From: a virus
Taxonomy: Duplodnaviria; Caudoviricetes
Reading direction: 5' to 3' (one strand)
DNA: 32,544 bases
IMG/VR virus record: IMGVR_UViG_3300033077_000716
Span: 1 to 32,544 of that record
The notes beneath the pieces were generated by a model, which worked only from the letters and a program-made list of their open reading frames with translations, did no database searches and was not told where the DNA came from. The position numbers and the translations under genes are program-made. This document shows, one piece after another, positions 17,057 through 25,724 of this stretch (positions within the stretch are counted from its first letter, which is position 1; every line of letters begins with the position of its first letter).

Positions 17057-17572
17057 ATGGTTAAAGTTGTGAAGAAGCCCACCCCGATTTCCGCTCCACC
17101 CCCCCACCCCCGTGGGGTAGGGGCGGACTATAAACTTCAAGCCAAGAAGCCAAGGCAACAGGCTCCCGCGAAACCGCGAAACCTTACCAAGGTTCCCGCC
17201 AGTTCGACCGAAAAAAGACCGTCGCAACTCGCCGCAGATCTTGCTGACCCGCACCGCAAGCGTGGGACATATTTGCTGCTTGAACGGGCCATTCGCGTGG
17301 CAATGGATGTCCCTTACGACGCGATGATCCTCGCCTGTCAGACCGCGATTCAAGACCTGCATTCTCCCGATGACCGCACTCGATCTCGCGCCCGTGAGTT
17401 TTTATTCAAGGCTCAGGACTCAGGCATCGGAGCCGCTATTGGCCTCGACCGCATGATGCGACTCGACGATGGAACCGCTACCGAGAATGTCGCGATTGCC
17501 TCGATTACGCCTGACGCGCTTGCCGCTGTCGTGCAAACGCTGCGGCATTCGACGCAGGGACTTGCGGGATGA
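17057..17572 (+). CDS. Putative terminase small subunit (171 aa)
   Basis: Coupled to terL by ATGA overlap; basic Pro-rich N-terminus; C-terminal RLDDGTATENV. Call is from synteny. Confidence 0.55.
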   Translation: MVKVVKKPTPISAPPPHPRGVGADYKLQAKKPRQQAPAKPRNLTKVPASSTEKRPSQLAADLADPHRKRGTYLLLERAIRVAMDVPYDAMILACQTAIQDLHSPDDRTRSRAREFLFKAQDSGIGAAIGLDRMMRLDDGTATENVAIASITPDALAAVVQTLRHSTQGLAG

Positions 17573-19020
17573 CCCCGCAGCAGGCTGTCGTAGAGGCGAG
17601 GGTGAATCCCCTCGCATTCATTGCGCTTGCGATGGGCCGTCCTATCGGGCCAATCCACGCTCGTTTGGTGTCGTATCTGCTCGATGACCGCGATTGCTAC
17701 GCCGAACTCCCCCGTGGACACGGCAAAACGACCACAGGAGCGTTGACGATCTCGTGGCTTTTGGGCCATTACCCCCACCTGCGAGTCAAAATTCTCGGTT
17801 CCACCGATGTCGAATCCGCAAAAACCGCAAGCATGATCCGCGAAATCATCGAGACGGACCGCTACCGAGCCGTGTTTCCAAACACAAGAATCCGCGCTGA
17901 GGACACATCCAAAACACGGTGGAGGCTAGAGGGCGCACGGATGGGAGCGCGTGACGCAACGCTTGAGTCAATGGGAATCATGGGCCGAGCAGGTGGCCGA
18001 TTTGATTTGTTGTGGACGGATGACATCAGCGACCTGCGTAACGCCGTGTTGATCCCTGCCGAGCGAGACAAAATCAAAGAGGCGTACAACAGCAACTGGA
18101 TGCCGATGCGAGACATTGCGGCGGAAAACGCGGTATTCCGCCCCCGCGTGTGGAACACCGCAACCCCCTACCACACGAACGACATCACAGGCGACCTTCG
18201 CAGGATCCACACCGAGGCAGGGACCATCCTGCGCCTGCCATGCACCACGAACGGCGGCGAGCGCATCAGCCCGTGGCCCGAGGTGTTTAGTCACGAGCAA
18301 TTGCAAGCACAGTACGAGCGTATGGGCGCAATGGCGTATGCACGAGCCTACGAACTCGTGCCGCTTTCGTCTGACCTGTTGATCTTTCGGCCCGAGTGGT
18401 TCGCGTACTACCGACCGTCAGAGGTTCCACGGGGAACACGAACCGTTGCCGCAATCGACTGGGGGTACGGAAAATCGGAGCAGAGCCGCGCACAACCCGA
18501 CTACAGCGTGTGCATGGTTGGCGAGGTAGACGATCAGCGTAGGCTTTTCCTTACGGATGTCCTGCGGGTCCGCGAGCCGTTCCCCGTGTTCGCGAGGATG
18601 GCCGCAAGCCTCCTTGAACGGCGGGGTGTGTCCGTAGTCCTTGCAGAAGCAAACGGGCCACAGAAGGGTATCTACGACCAGTTTGGGACGATCACTCGAT
18701 TCCCGATGGTCGCGGTTGAACGCCACCGCGACAAGCATTTGCGAGCGGCGGGGTCACAGCCGTTTGTGCAAAGTGGGAAGTTGTTTTTTCCCACCGACGA
18801 AAACGGAACAATCCTTCCTGCGTTCCAATGCGTCACCGACGAAATGACGGCGTTTCCTGCCGCCGCGCACGATGACACCGTGGATGTCGTAGTAGACCTG
18901 TGCGCCGAGGCAACTCGCGGCTCGTTGACAATGTCAGATAGATCAAAATCGCGAATTCGCGCACCCGAAACCGCAGGGCTTTTTGCAAAAACTTCGACTC
19001 GCAGACCGTTCTTTGCGTGA
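17569..19020 (+). CDS. terL: Terminase large subunit
   Basis: Walker A PRGHGKTT, Walker B LLWTDD, nuclease motifs AIDWG, DYSV and HDDTVD. Confidence 0.93.
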   Translation: MTPQQAVVEARVNPLAFIALAMGRPIGPIHARLVSYLLDDRDCYAELPRGHGKTTTGALTISWLLGHYPHLRVKILGSTDVESAKTASMIREIIETDRYRAVFPNTRIRAEDTSKTRWRLEGARMGARDATLESMGIMGRAGGRFDLLWTDDISDLRNAVLIPAERDKIKEAYNSNWMPMRDIAAENAVFRPRVWNTATPYHTNDITGDLRRIHTEAGTILRLPCTTNGGERISPWPEVFSHEQLQAQYERMGAMAYARAYELVPLSSDLLIFRPEWFAYYRPSEVPRGTRTVAAIDWGYGKSEQSRAQPDYSVCMVGEVDDQRRLFLTDVLRVREPFPVFARMAASLLERRGVSVVLAEANGPQKGIYDQFGTITRFPMVAVERHRDKHLRAAGSQPFVQSGKLFFPTDENGTILPAFQCVTDEMTAFPAAAHDDTVDVVVDLCAEATRGSLTMSDRSKSRIRAPETAGLFAKTSTRRPFFA

Positions 19021-19032
19021 TACCATGCGCCC

Positions 19033-22000
19033 ATGTGCAGTAACCGTGCCTACTCGTTTGCTCGCGCTGTTCCAAAATGGTTTGCGGGGCTGCGAGAGGT
19101 TGACTACAACAACACAAGGCGTGTAACTGGTAAAGAGTTCAGGGAACTCTTCCCAAGCGAATCGCAGGGGTTCAGTTACGACTTTAATAAAATGATCCCG
19201 ATCAACGATGCTCGGCTGTATTACATTGCGAAGGTTGACGGCGCAATGCGTCCAATCAATCGGCGAGTGTTGTTTACAGAAACCGCTACCCCCACGAAAT
19301 GTGGAGGCTTGTGCCGAAACGCAAAAGGACCATCGTGCGATTGCTCCTGCAAGGGAGTCAATCATGGCGCGGGATCTGTTTTTGCACGATCAGAAGACTC
19401 AATCACAATGACACCAAAAAAATCACCCTACTCTTGTTCTCGTTTTGCATCTAATTCAACGATGACAATTAAGGGAGTCCAGTACGAAGTCATTCGCAAG
19501 ATGAAACTGCCAGAGGGGCAACAAGTTTGGCGCATGACAAGCCTGCAAACTCCCGAGGACGATATTCAATACGACCTCGTCAAAACAAAAGATGGAGAAT
19601 GGATCCTGTACGGACAGGGTGGGCGCGTTGTCGCGCAGGGCAAAGGCAACTTTGCTCGCACACGCCAGTCGTTTGCACAAGGATTTGCAAGCACTAAGCC
19701 TGCGGCCCTCGGCTACATCAACGCCAATATCAACGCCCTTCTCGCGCTCAAAAAGCATGGAGCCGAGAGTTACACAGGACAAATCAAAGGGAACGCCAAC
19801 ATTTCTCTCGAAGCAGGGAATGACCACATTGCACAAGCCTACATCGACAAACTGATTAGCAAGGAAGAAGTCCGTGCGTTGCGTGTCAGACTTGAGTCTG
19901 CGTACCACGACGCTCTTGGAAACGAGTTCCATGTCACCGAGCATTCCCGCCGTGGCGTAAAGGCAAGTTTTGCAAATCCTGATGATGCACAAATTACCTC
20001 AACACATTTGATTCGCGGCAACGGTCGAAAATACGAAATTACAGGGCGCAAACCCGCAAGCGAACAGTCGCAAAAACAACTTGGTCAAACGGAGTGGCTC
20101 AACATCCAAGGCGCAAACGGCGCACAATATGTTGCTCAGGTGTTTGACAATGGGAGTTACCGCGTTTTGTCCAGTAGCGGCAAGGCGTGGCAAGGTCGAA
20201 TTTTGTCCTCGCGCAGCGGCGTGAAATCAATGATGCAAAAGGAATATATCTTGTGGGGTGTCCCTGAAGGAGAGACGGATCAACTTCACGCCAAGGTGCT
20301 ATCCACGCAGGCCAAGACCCCAAGCGAGATGGAGGACATCAAGCGACGAGCAGGTGCAGCGGGTTGGCATTCGTTCCGTGTTCAAATCCTCGACCCTGAC
20401 AAGCCAACACGAATGTTTTCGCGCACTCGCACAGGAAATACATCAATGATGCAAAAAGCAACTTTTGGTCAGCCAAACACCGTGTCTGTACGCAAAACTC
20501 TACGGGGCAATTTTGAGGTCATCTATTGGAAGGCCAATGGAAAAGAAGAAAGTTACTCCCTTTACGCAAACGAGGAAATGGCAAAGGAAAAGGCAAAAGA
20601 TCTTGCACGGCAACTGCGGATGCAGTTTGTTGCAGGACGCTCACGATTTGGGATTGCGGAGCGCGTACTAGGCGACGGTTCCGTTCACCTCGACTTCAAA
20701 GTTTTCCGTGAATCTCTAGGCGGCAAGTCGGACAGTTCTCTCAATTTCATCATGCGAGATGCGGCTGACGCTCGTGACGCAATGGGACCCGACGGCAAGA
20801 AGTTCAACTATTACGCCGACATCGTCAACGAAGTTGGTGATGAAATTTCTCGGCGGAAAAATGGGAAGTCCCGCAGTAATCGCTTGGGCGACCGCAAGCA
20901 ATCGTTTGGGGAAGGCGACAGTTTTATGGTCGAGGCCTATGTCGGTGAGATGATCACAGGAGGACGCTCCGCTCGCACGATGGAAGAGGCAGAGCATTAC
21001 GCAAACGCAATGCTTGCAAACATCAAGCGTAGTGCAGGCGGCAAGCCTGTGAAGGTTGAGATTCAAGAGATCAAGGCGTACAGCCCACAGGGAGTCGTCA
21101 AGACGCTGCACTCGCGCAGCAACGATCCCGTCGCAAACATGGTGATGAAACTGAAATCCAAGATTGCACGAGAAACTCCGCGTGAAGGAACCGAAAACTT
21201 TCACAAGCAGGTGTTGCGGGAACTTGATTCAATCCTGTCGGACATCAAAGACAACAACCGCAACCCTGAGGTTCAACAACTCGATATGCAAGATGTGCAG
21301 GCCCGACTTGAGGCATTGGCCCCTCGGGGGAGCGCGGTCATGCGCGAATTGATGGTTTGGAAGGACAAGTCAGGCTTTACTCGCGGTGAATCTGAAATCT
21401 CAACGCGCTTTGGTTCCATTGCGAGCAAACTGGGATTCATGCCTGATTCAATCACCGAGTCAAACGGTGTCGCCACCCTCAAGTTCGCGCAGGCGGACGG
21501 GAGTGCGGGGCGATGTGCGTTTGCAATGATTAGCCCGTTGACAGGGATTGTTCAGTCGGACTGCGTCACCGCTACCGACACCGAGGTGCGAGTGCAGTTC
21601 GCTTGCGGCAGCAAAACTACCTTTGGTAGCGAAACCCCACAAGCGGATGTAGATCCACGAGATAAGAATTTTGAAAAACTCAAAACAATGAAGGGCGTGA
21701 CCCATCAAGGCAGAGGGTTTTACATCATTCCTGCAAAACTTCTAGAGGGATCGAGCGGCATACTGCGATACAGGGAGGTAAAACAGCCGACAAATCGATT
21801 TCAATTAACGGCTATGGGCGATTTAGTAGGATGGGGATCTGGCCACCCGCAGCAAAATGATTACAGGCTGAAGGATTGGCAAGAGGCATTTCCAAAGGCT
21901 GCAATGTCTCGCATTGGGGGCAAGGCAGAGTTTGGTAGCGATGTGATTCTTGAAGACATTGGCGACGATCAGGTCCGTGCAACCGCTCGTGTCGAAGGAC

Positions 22001-22407
22001 GCTCCGCAGGCAGTTTCGACGGCCCACGAAGTCAGTCCGCGCAACTGCTCCTCAAGGCTCTCAAAATCGCAGGTCAGGGTCACGAAGTTTCGTCAGGCGT
22101 GTACGACATGACCCACATCACGCTAAACGATGCGGCCAAACGAGCAATGCCGAAGAGCGCAATGATGTCTCGTGGCGGCAAGGCGGAGTTTGCTCACGCC
22201 AACCAACAAATTGCTGACGGCGTAGCGCAACTGCTCTCGGTGCTTGGATTTGCCGAGATGGCTGCGGAGGCCAAGACCACAACCGACGCGGAAACACTCA
22301 AGCGTTACATCAATGTTGCTCGCTCGCGGTTCAAAGGAACCGATCAGGCCGACCGCGTCAAAGTGCTGACGGACAAACTTGAGCGGATGCTCATGTCTCG
22401 TGCCTAA
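19033..22407 (+). CDS. 1124-aa modular polyprotein-like protein: about 13 unrelated modules joined by a repeated linker
   Basis: Uninterrupted ORF; linker recurs every 70-108 aa (see findings); the first module carries C..LC..AKG..CDCSC.G.NHG. Confidence 0.85.
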   Translation: MCSNRAYSFARAVPKWFAGLREVDYNNTRRVTGKEFRELFPSESQGFSYDFNKMIPINDARLYYIAKVDGAMRPINRRVLFTETATPTKCGGLCRNAKGPSCDCSCKGVNHGAGSVFARSEDSITMTPKKSPYSCSRFASNSTMTIKGVQYEVIRKMKLPEGQQVWRMTSLQTPEDDIQYDLVKTKDGEWILYGQGGRVVAQGKGNFARTRQSFAQGFASTKPAALGYINANINALLALKKHGAESYTGQIKGNANISLEAGNDHIAQAYIDKLISKEEVRALRVRLESAYHDALGNEFHVTEHSRRGVKASFANPDDAQITSTHLIRGNGRKYEITGRKPASEQSQKQLGQTEWLNIQGANGAQYVAQVFDNGSYRVLSSSGKAWQGRILSSRSGVKSMMQKEYILWGVPEGETDQLHAKVLSTQAKTPSEMEDIKRRAGAAGWHSFRVQILDPDKPTRMFSRTRTGNTSMMQKATFGQPNTVSVRKTLRGNFEVIYWKANGKEESYSLYANEEMAKEKAKDLARQLRMQFVAGRSRFGIAERVLGDGSVHLDFKVFRESLGGKSDSSLNFIMRDAADARDAMGPDGKKFNYYADIVNEVGDEISRRKNGKSRSNRLGDRKQSFGEGDSFMVEAYVGEMITGGRSARTMEEAEHYANAMLANIKRSAGGKPVKVEIQEIKAYSPQGVVKTLHSRSNDPVANMVMKLKSKIARETPREGTENFHKQVLRELDSILSDIKDNNRNPEVQQLDMQDVQARLEALAPRGSAVMRELMVWKDKSGFTRGESEISTRFGSIASKLGFMPDSITESNGVATLKFAQADGSAGRCAFAMISPLTGIVQSDCVTATDTEVRVQFACGSKTTFGSETPQADVDPRDKNFEKLKTMKGVTHQGRGFYIIPAKLLEGSSGILRYREVKQPTNRFQLTAMGDLVGWGSGHPQQNDYRLKDWQEAFPKAAMSRIGGKAEFGSDVILEDIGDDQVRATARVEGRSAGSFDGPRSQSAQLLLKALKIAGQGHEVSSGVYDMTHITLNDAAKRAMPKSAMMSRGGKAEFAHANQQIADGVAQLLSVLGFAEMAAEAKTTTDAETLKRYINVARSRFKGTDQADRVKVLTDKLERMLMSRA

Positions 22408-22551
22408 ATCAAGTACCCTACACCGATGATCGTCGGATCATATGCCAATCTCGGAGGCCGTGGACCCAAGTATCTCGCCGCGCTCTACGATTAGGGGCCT
22501 CGAAATTGCTCTTGCCAAGTGGATCCCAACCGCTACGCACTAAAGACACGC

Positions 22552-24048
22552 ATGGCTGATTACAAAGATCCCAATCCCAATCCCAACCCTATCGCAAACG
22601 GTCTTACCCCCGAACAGCGTCCACGCAAGCCTTTACCCGCGCCAGTTGATCGTGGACAAACTGCTCCACTCGCGACCTCGGTTGAAGTGCAGCGTTCGTT
22701 TTTTACGACCGCCGACAAACTGCTGAAAAACAGCAGTCTTGCCTACAGGCTGAACCCGCAGTATCAGCAAATGATGCGCGCAGACGCGGACATCGAAGGT
22801 GTCCTGCGTTCATTGCAAGTCACGCTCGCAAGCCTTGAATGGGGAGTCGTGTGCGACGATAAGACGGATGAAAAGGGGATTGAACTTGCCAGTCGTGTGC
22901 GAAAAGTCTTTGCAGAAATGCCGCGCCGAAGCGACTTTGTTCGCGCAATGCACGAGGCTGTTTGGTACGGCAATGCGGCCTGCAACCTCGTCTACGAGCG
23001 CGATAAGCGGCTTGGTTTCAAAGTCAAGGAGTGGTATCCGTTTCACCCCGATACCCTCGCTTACGATCAACGCGGCAACCTCGCAATGCGAGTCGGATCC
23101 GACTACTCCGCGCACGGTCCATCGGCCCAAAACATCGGATTCGACAGCCGCGTACACATTTTTAATGAGGACGAGAGACAGGCCATTGTTTTACACAGGG
23201 TGTTTATCAACGCGCCCGATTTCAATGATCCATCCTCTTCGGAGTCCATCTATCGCGGCGTGGGAGCGCGTGATGTCTGTTGGTTTATGTGGTTGGCAAA
23301 GCAGGAAATCCTGCAAGACGCAATCACCTACGCCGAGCGATACGCCATGGGTATCCGCATCGGGCGATACCCGCTCGGTCAGGATCAGGGCCGCGAGATG
23401 ATGGAGAATGTCCTCGCGAATCTCACCAACGACAACTCGGTGCTGCTCCCTATGAGCGGCACAGACAAACTCTACGATGTCGAAATCCTTGAGCCGAACG
23501 CAGGCCGAGCGACGGTTTTCCTTGAACTCGTCAACTGGTTCAGCGGCAAAATCAAGGAGTCAATTGTTGGCCAAAGTCTGTCGAGTGAGGCAGGCGGAAC
23601 AGGCATGGGGTCGGGTGTCGCATCCCTTCACGCCGATACGCTTTCGCGCATCATTCGCTACCACGCAGACGCTCTTGCGGACTCGATGACATTCGACTTT
23701 GTGCGCGTTGTGGCACAAATGCTCGGCTCGTCTGTTGACGAGGCTGCTTGCCTGCGATTCGAATTTGCTCCCGAGCGACCTGATCCAAAAGAGCGTCTAG
23801 AAGCCATTAAGTCATTCGTCGAACTTGGCGGCAAGGTGTCAGTCCGCGAGGTGCGCGACCTCCTCGGCCTGTCAGAGCCTCAGGCGGATGAAGCAACCCT
23901 CGGTGGGCCTGCGAGCGTTGCCGCCGCGAGCGCAGACTCGCCGCAGGATCAAATAGCGGGATGGCTCAAAGAGTCTCCTGCGCCTGCCGAAGGCGTAGAA
24001 CCCGCCGAGGGCGCACCTAAGGAATTTTCGCGGCGATCATGGTGGTAG
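22552..24048 (+). CDS. Portal protein, DUF935/Mu gp29-like
   Basis: DADIEGVLR, HEAVWYG, YAERYAMGIRIGRY, IVGQSLSSE...GSGVASLH, VRDLLGLSEP; ATG 22552 (alternative GTG 22519). Confidence 0.88.
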   Translation: MADYKDPNPNPNPIANGLTPEQRPRKPLPAPVDRGQTAPLATSVEVQRSFFTTADKLLKNSSLAYRLNPQYQQMMRADADIEGVLRSLQVTLASLEWGVVCDDKTDEKGIELASRVRKVFAEMPRRSDFVRAMHEAVWYGNAACNLVYERDKRLGFKVKEWYPFHPDTLAYDQRGNLAMRVGSDYSAHGPSAQNIGFDSRVHIFNEDERQAIVLHRVFINAPDFNDPSSSESIYRGVGARDVCWFMWLAKQEILQDAITYAERYAMGIRIGRYPLGQDQGREMMENVLANLTNDNSVLLPMSGTDKLYDVEILEPNAGRATVFLELVNWFSGKIKESIVGQSLSSEAGGTGMGSGVASLHADTLSRIIRYHADALADSMTFDFVRVVAQMLGSSVDEAACLRFEFAPERPDPKERLEAIKSFVELGGKVSVREVRDLLGLSEPQADEATLGGPASVAAASADSPQDQIAGWLKESPAPAEGVEPAEGAPKEFSRRSWW

Positions 24049-25193
24049 GTAAACCATCACAGGCGGATAGCGGGTGGACCGCCCTCGTTGAATATGGCGA
24101 GGATGCGTACCGCCGTGCAATTGCGGCTCAGGTTGAAGGGACTGACTCAACCGAATACTGGGAGGCGTGGAAGACGGCGACCGCCGCTCTTCTGCTTGCG
24201 TCGTGGGCTGCGGGAGCGTTGACATCCGCTCGTGCGTCGGGTGTGCCGCTACCCGCAATTTCTCCGCCGTCTGCGACATTTGCTCGTGACATCGACACGC
24301 TGCGATACGAGCCGCCGTCGCGGACTGAGATCTCGAGCATCACGATGCAATTTGCGGGTGGCCCCGCTCGTGAAGTGATTGAGCGTTTTATTCGTCTGCT
24401 ACCGCTGACCCGCGCAAAGTGGGAAGCGTTAATTGCTCACGCTCTCCAGTCCGCAACCGAAGTACGAGACGATGAAGCCGCGAACGCGCTCTCGCGGATC
24501 ATGCTGCGCTCCCCTGACCTCGCGGAACTCATCCGAGGCAAGACGCAGGCAAGGGTTGAGGAACTGCCCCCTAACGCCTCCGACGAAGTCAAAAAGCGTC
24601 GAAACCCTACGGTGCAGGCGGTAGTGCAAGGGTCATTTTTCGTCACAGGGATGACGATGGAACAGGTTGAAACCTCAAAAAACATCCTTGCAGCGGCGAT
24701 TCGGGGGGATGTGACCGTGTCCGTTGCAGGGAAAAAAGTCGAAGAAATGGGCGTGGGTGACTTTGTCGCGCACACCATCCTCGAAACCGCCACAAATCTC
24801 ACCGAGGCTCGACTCGAAACGGTCTACCGAACTAACATCAATCGAGCGCAGTCGCAAGGCCGCTTAGACATTTGCCGCGATGACCTTGTGCGGAAATTCG
24901 TCCCGCTCCTGCGGTTTCGCTCGACCAAAGACCCACGGACCCGCTTAACGCATCGAGCCTTTGACGGCTACATTGCAACTGTCGATCAGATTGACCAAAT
25001 AGGCATTGCGACCCCGCTCGGATTCAATTGCCGTTGTTCGTGGACCCCCATCCCGATTTCGACAGCCGTCAACGAGGGTCTGTGTGATGAGGACGGGAAT
25101 CCGAACTTTGCAGTCATCAAAACCAAAAACGGGATTCGGGAAGCATTAGTAGCAAACGGAATGGTTCCTGACACAGGATTTATTTCTGGGTGA
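24039..25193 (+). CDS. MuF/SPP1 gp7-family minor head protein
   Basis: RLETVYRTN...AQSQGR, D.RTR..H...DG, PLGFNCRC. Confidence 0.9.
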   Translation: MVVGKPSQADSGWTALVEYGEDAYRRAIAAQVEGTDSTEYWEAWKTATAALLLASWAAGALTSARASGVPLPAISPPSATFARDIDTLRYEPPSRTEISSITMQFAGGPAREVIERFIRLLPLTRAKWEALIAHALQSATEVRDDEAANALSRIMLRSPDLAELIRGKTQARVEELPPNASDEVKKRRNPTVQAVVQGSFFVTGMTMEQVETSKNILAAAIRGDVTVSVAGKKVEEMGVGDFVAHTILETATNLTEARLETVYRTNINRAQSQGRLDICRDDLVRKFVPLLRFRSTKDPRTRLTHRAFDGYIATVDQIDQIGIATPLGFNCRCSWTPIPISTAVNEGLCDEDGNPNFAVIKTKNGIREALVANGMVPDTGFISG

Positions 25194-25205
25194 TATACTT
25201 TTGCT

Positions 25206-25724
25206 ATGGCCGAATCGTTCCCTATCCACCCACAGAATCGCTTAGACAAAATCACAACTGCTTTAGGCGGCGGGTTTGCGGCTTACCCTATCACGCAACC
25301 ATCTACAACTGCGCCAGTAGGCGCACTCATTCCAAATGTTAAAGGAATTACCGACCTTTCGCTGCACCCATTCTGTAATAACCCTACTGCTACAGCAATG
25401 AATATGCGTGTGGTCGGTTACACACGATATGTATCTACTGTAGATGTAACTTGGTATTTCCCACAAGTGTTAGCGTCCTTTAGTTTGACGAGGACTACAG
25501 GCACAACTCCTGTCTTTGACATTAGTGGAACCCTTTGTCCGATGGCTCTTGTGACGCTGACGGCTTCACTGCTCGTAAATGTCCAACCCAAGACCTACAT
25601 TGGTGTTGTTGGTAGTCTTGAAATGGCTAGTTGTGTAGTAGACACAATGGGTGCTGAAATTATTCAATTGCAGTTTACAGCAAACGCGGATCAACAGATG
25701 GGCGCGTTCTACCGATTCACATGA
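25206..25724 (+). CDS. Hypothetical beta-rich protein in the head module (172 aa)
   Basis: Visibly more AT-rich than its neighbours; preceded by TGATATACT-6 nt-ATG. Confidence 0.7.
   Translation: MAESFPIHPQNRLDKITTALGGGFAAYPITQPSTTAPVGALIPNVKGITDLSLHPFCNNPTATAMNMRVVGYTRYVSTVDVTWYFPQVLASFSLTRTTGTTPVFDISGTLCPMALVTLTASLLVNVQPKTYIGVVGSLEMASCVVDTMGAEIIQLQFTANADQQMGAFYRFT

Noticed and set aside
22426-22494. 22-codon ORF between the polyprotein and portal genes
   Set aside because: Too short, with no RBS or recognisable motif.
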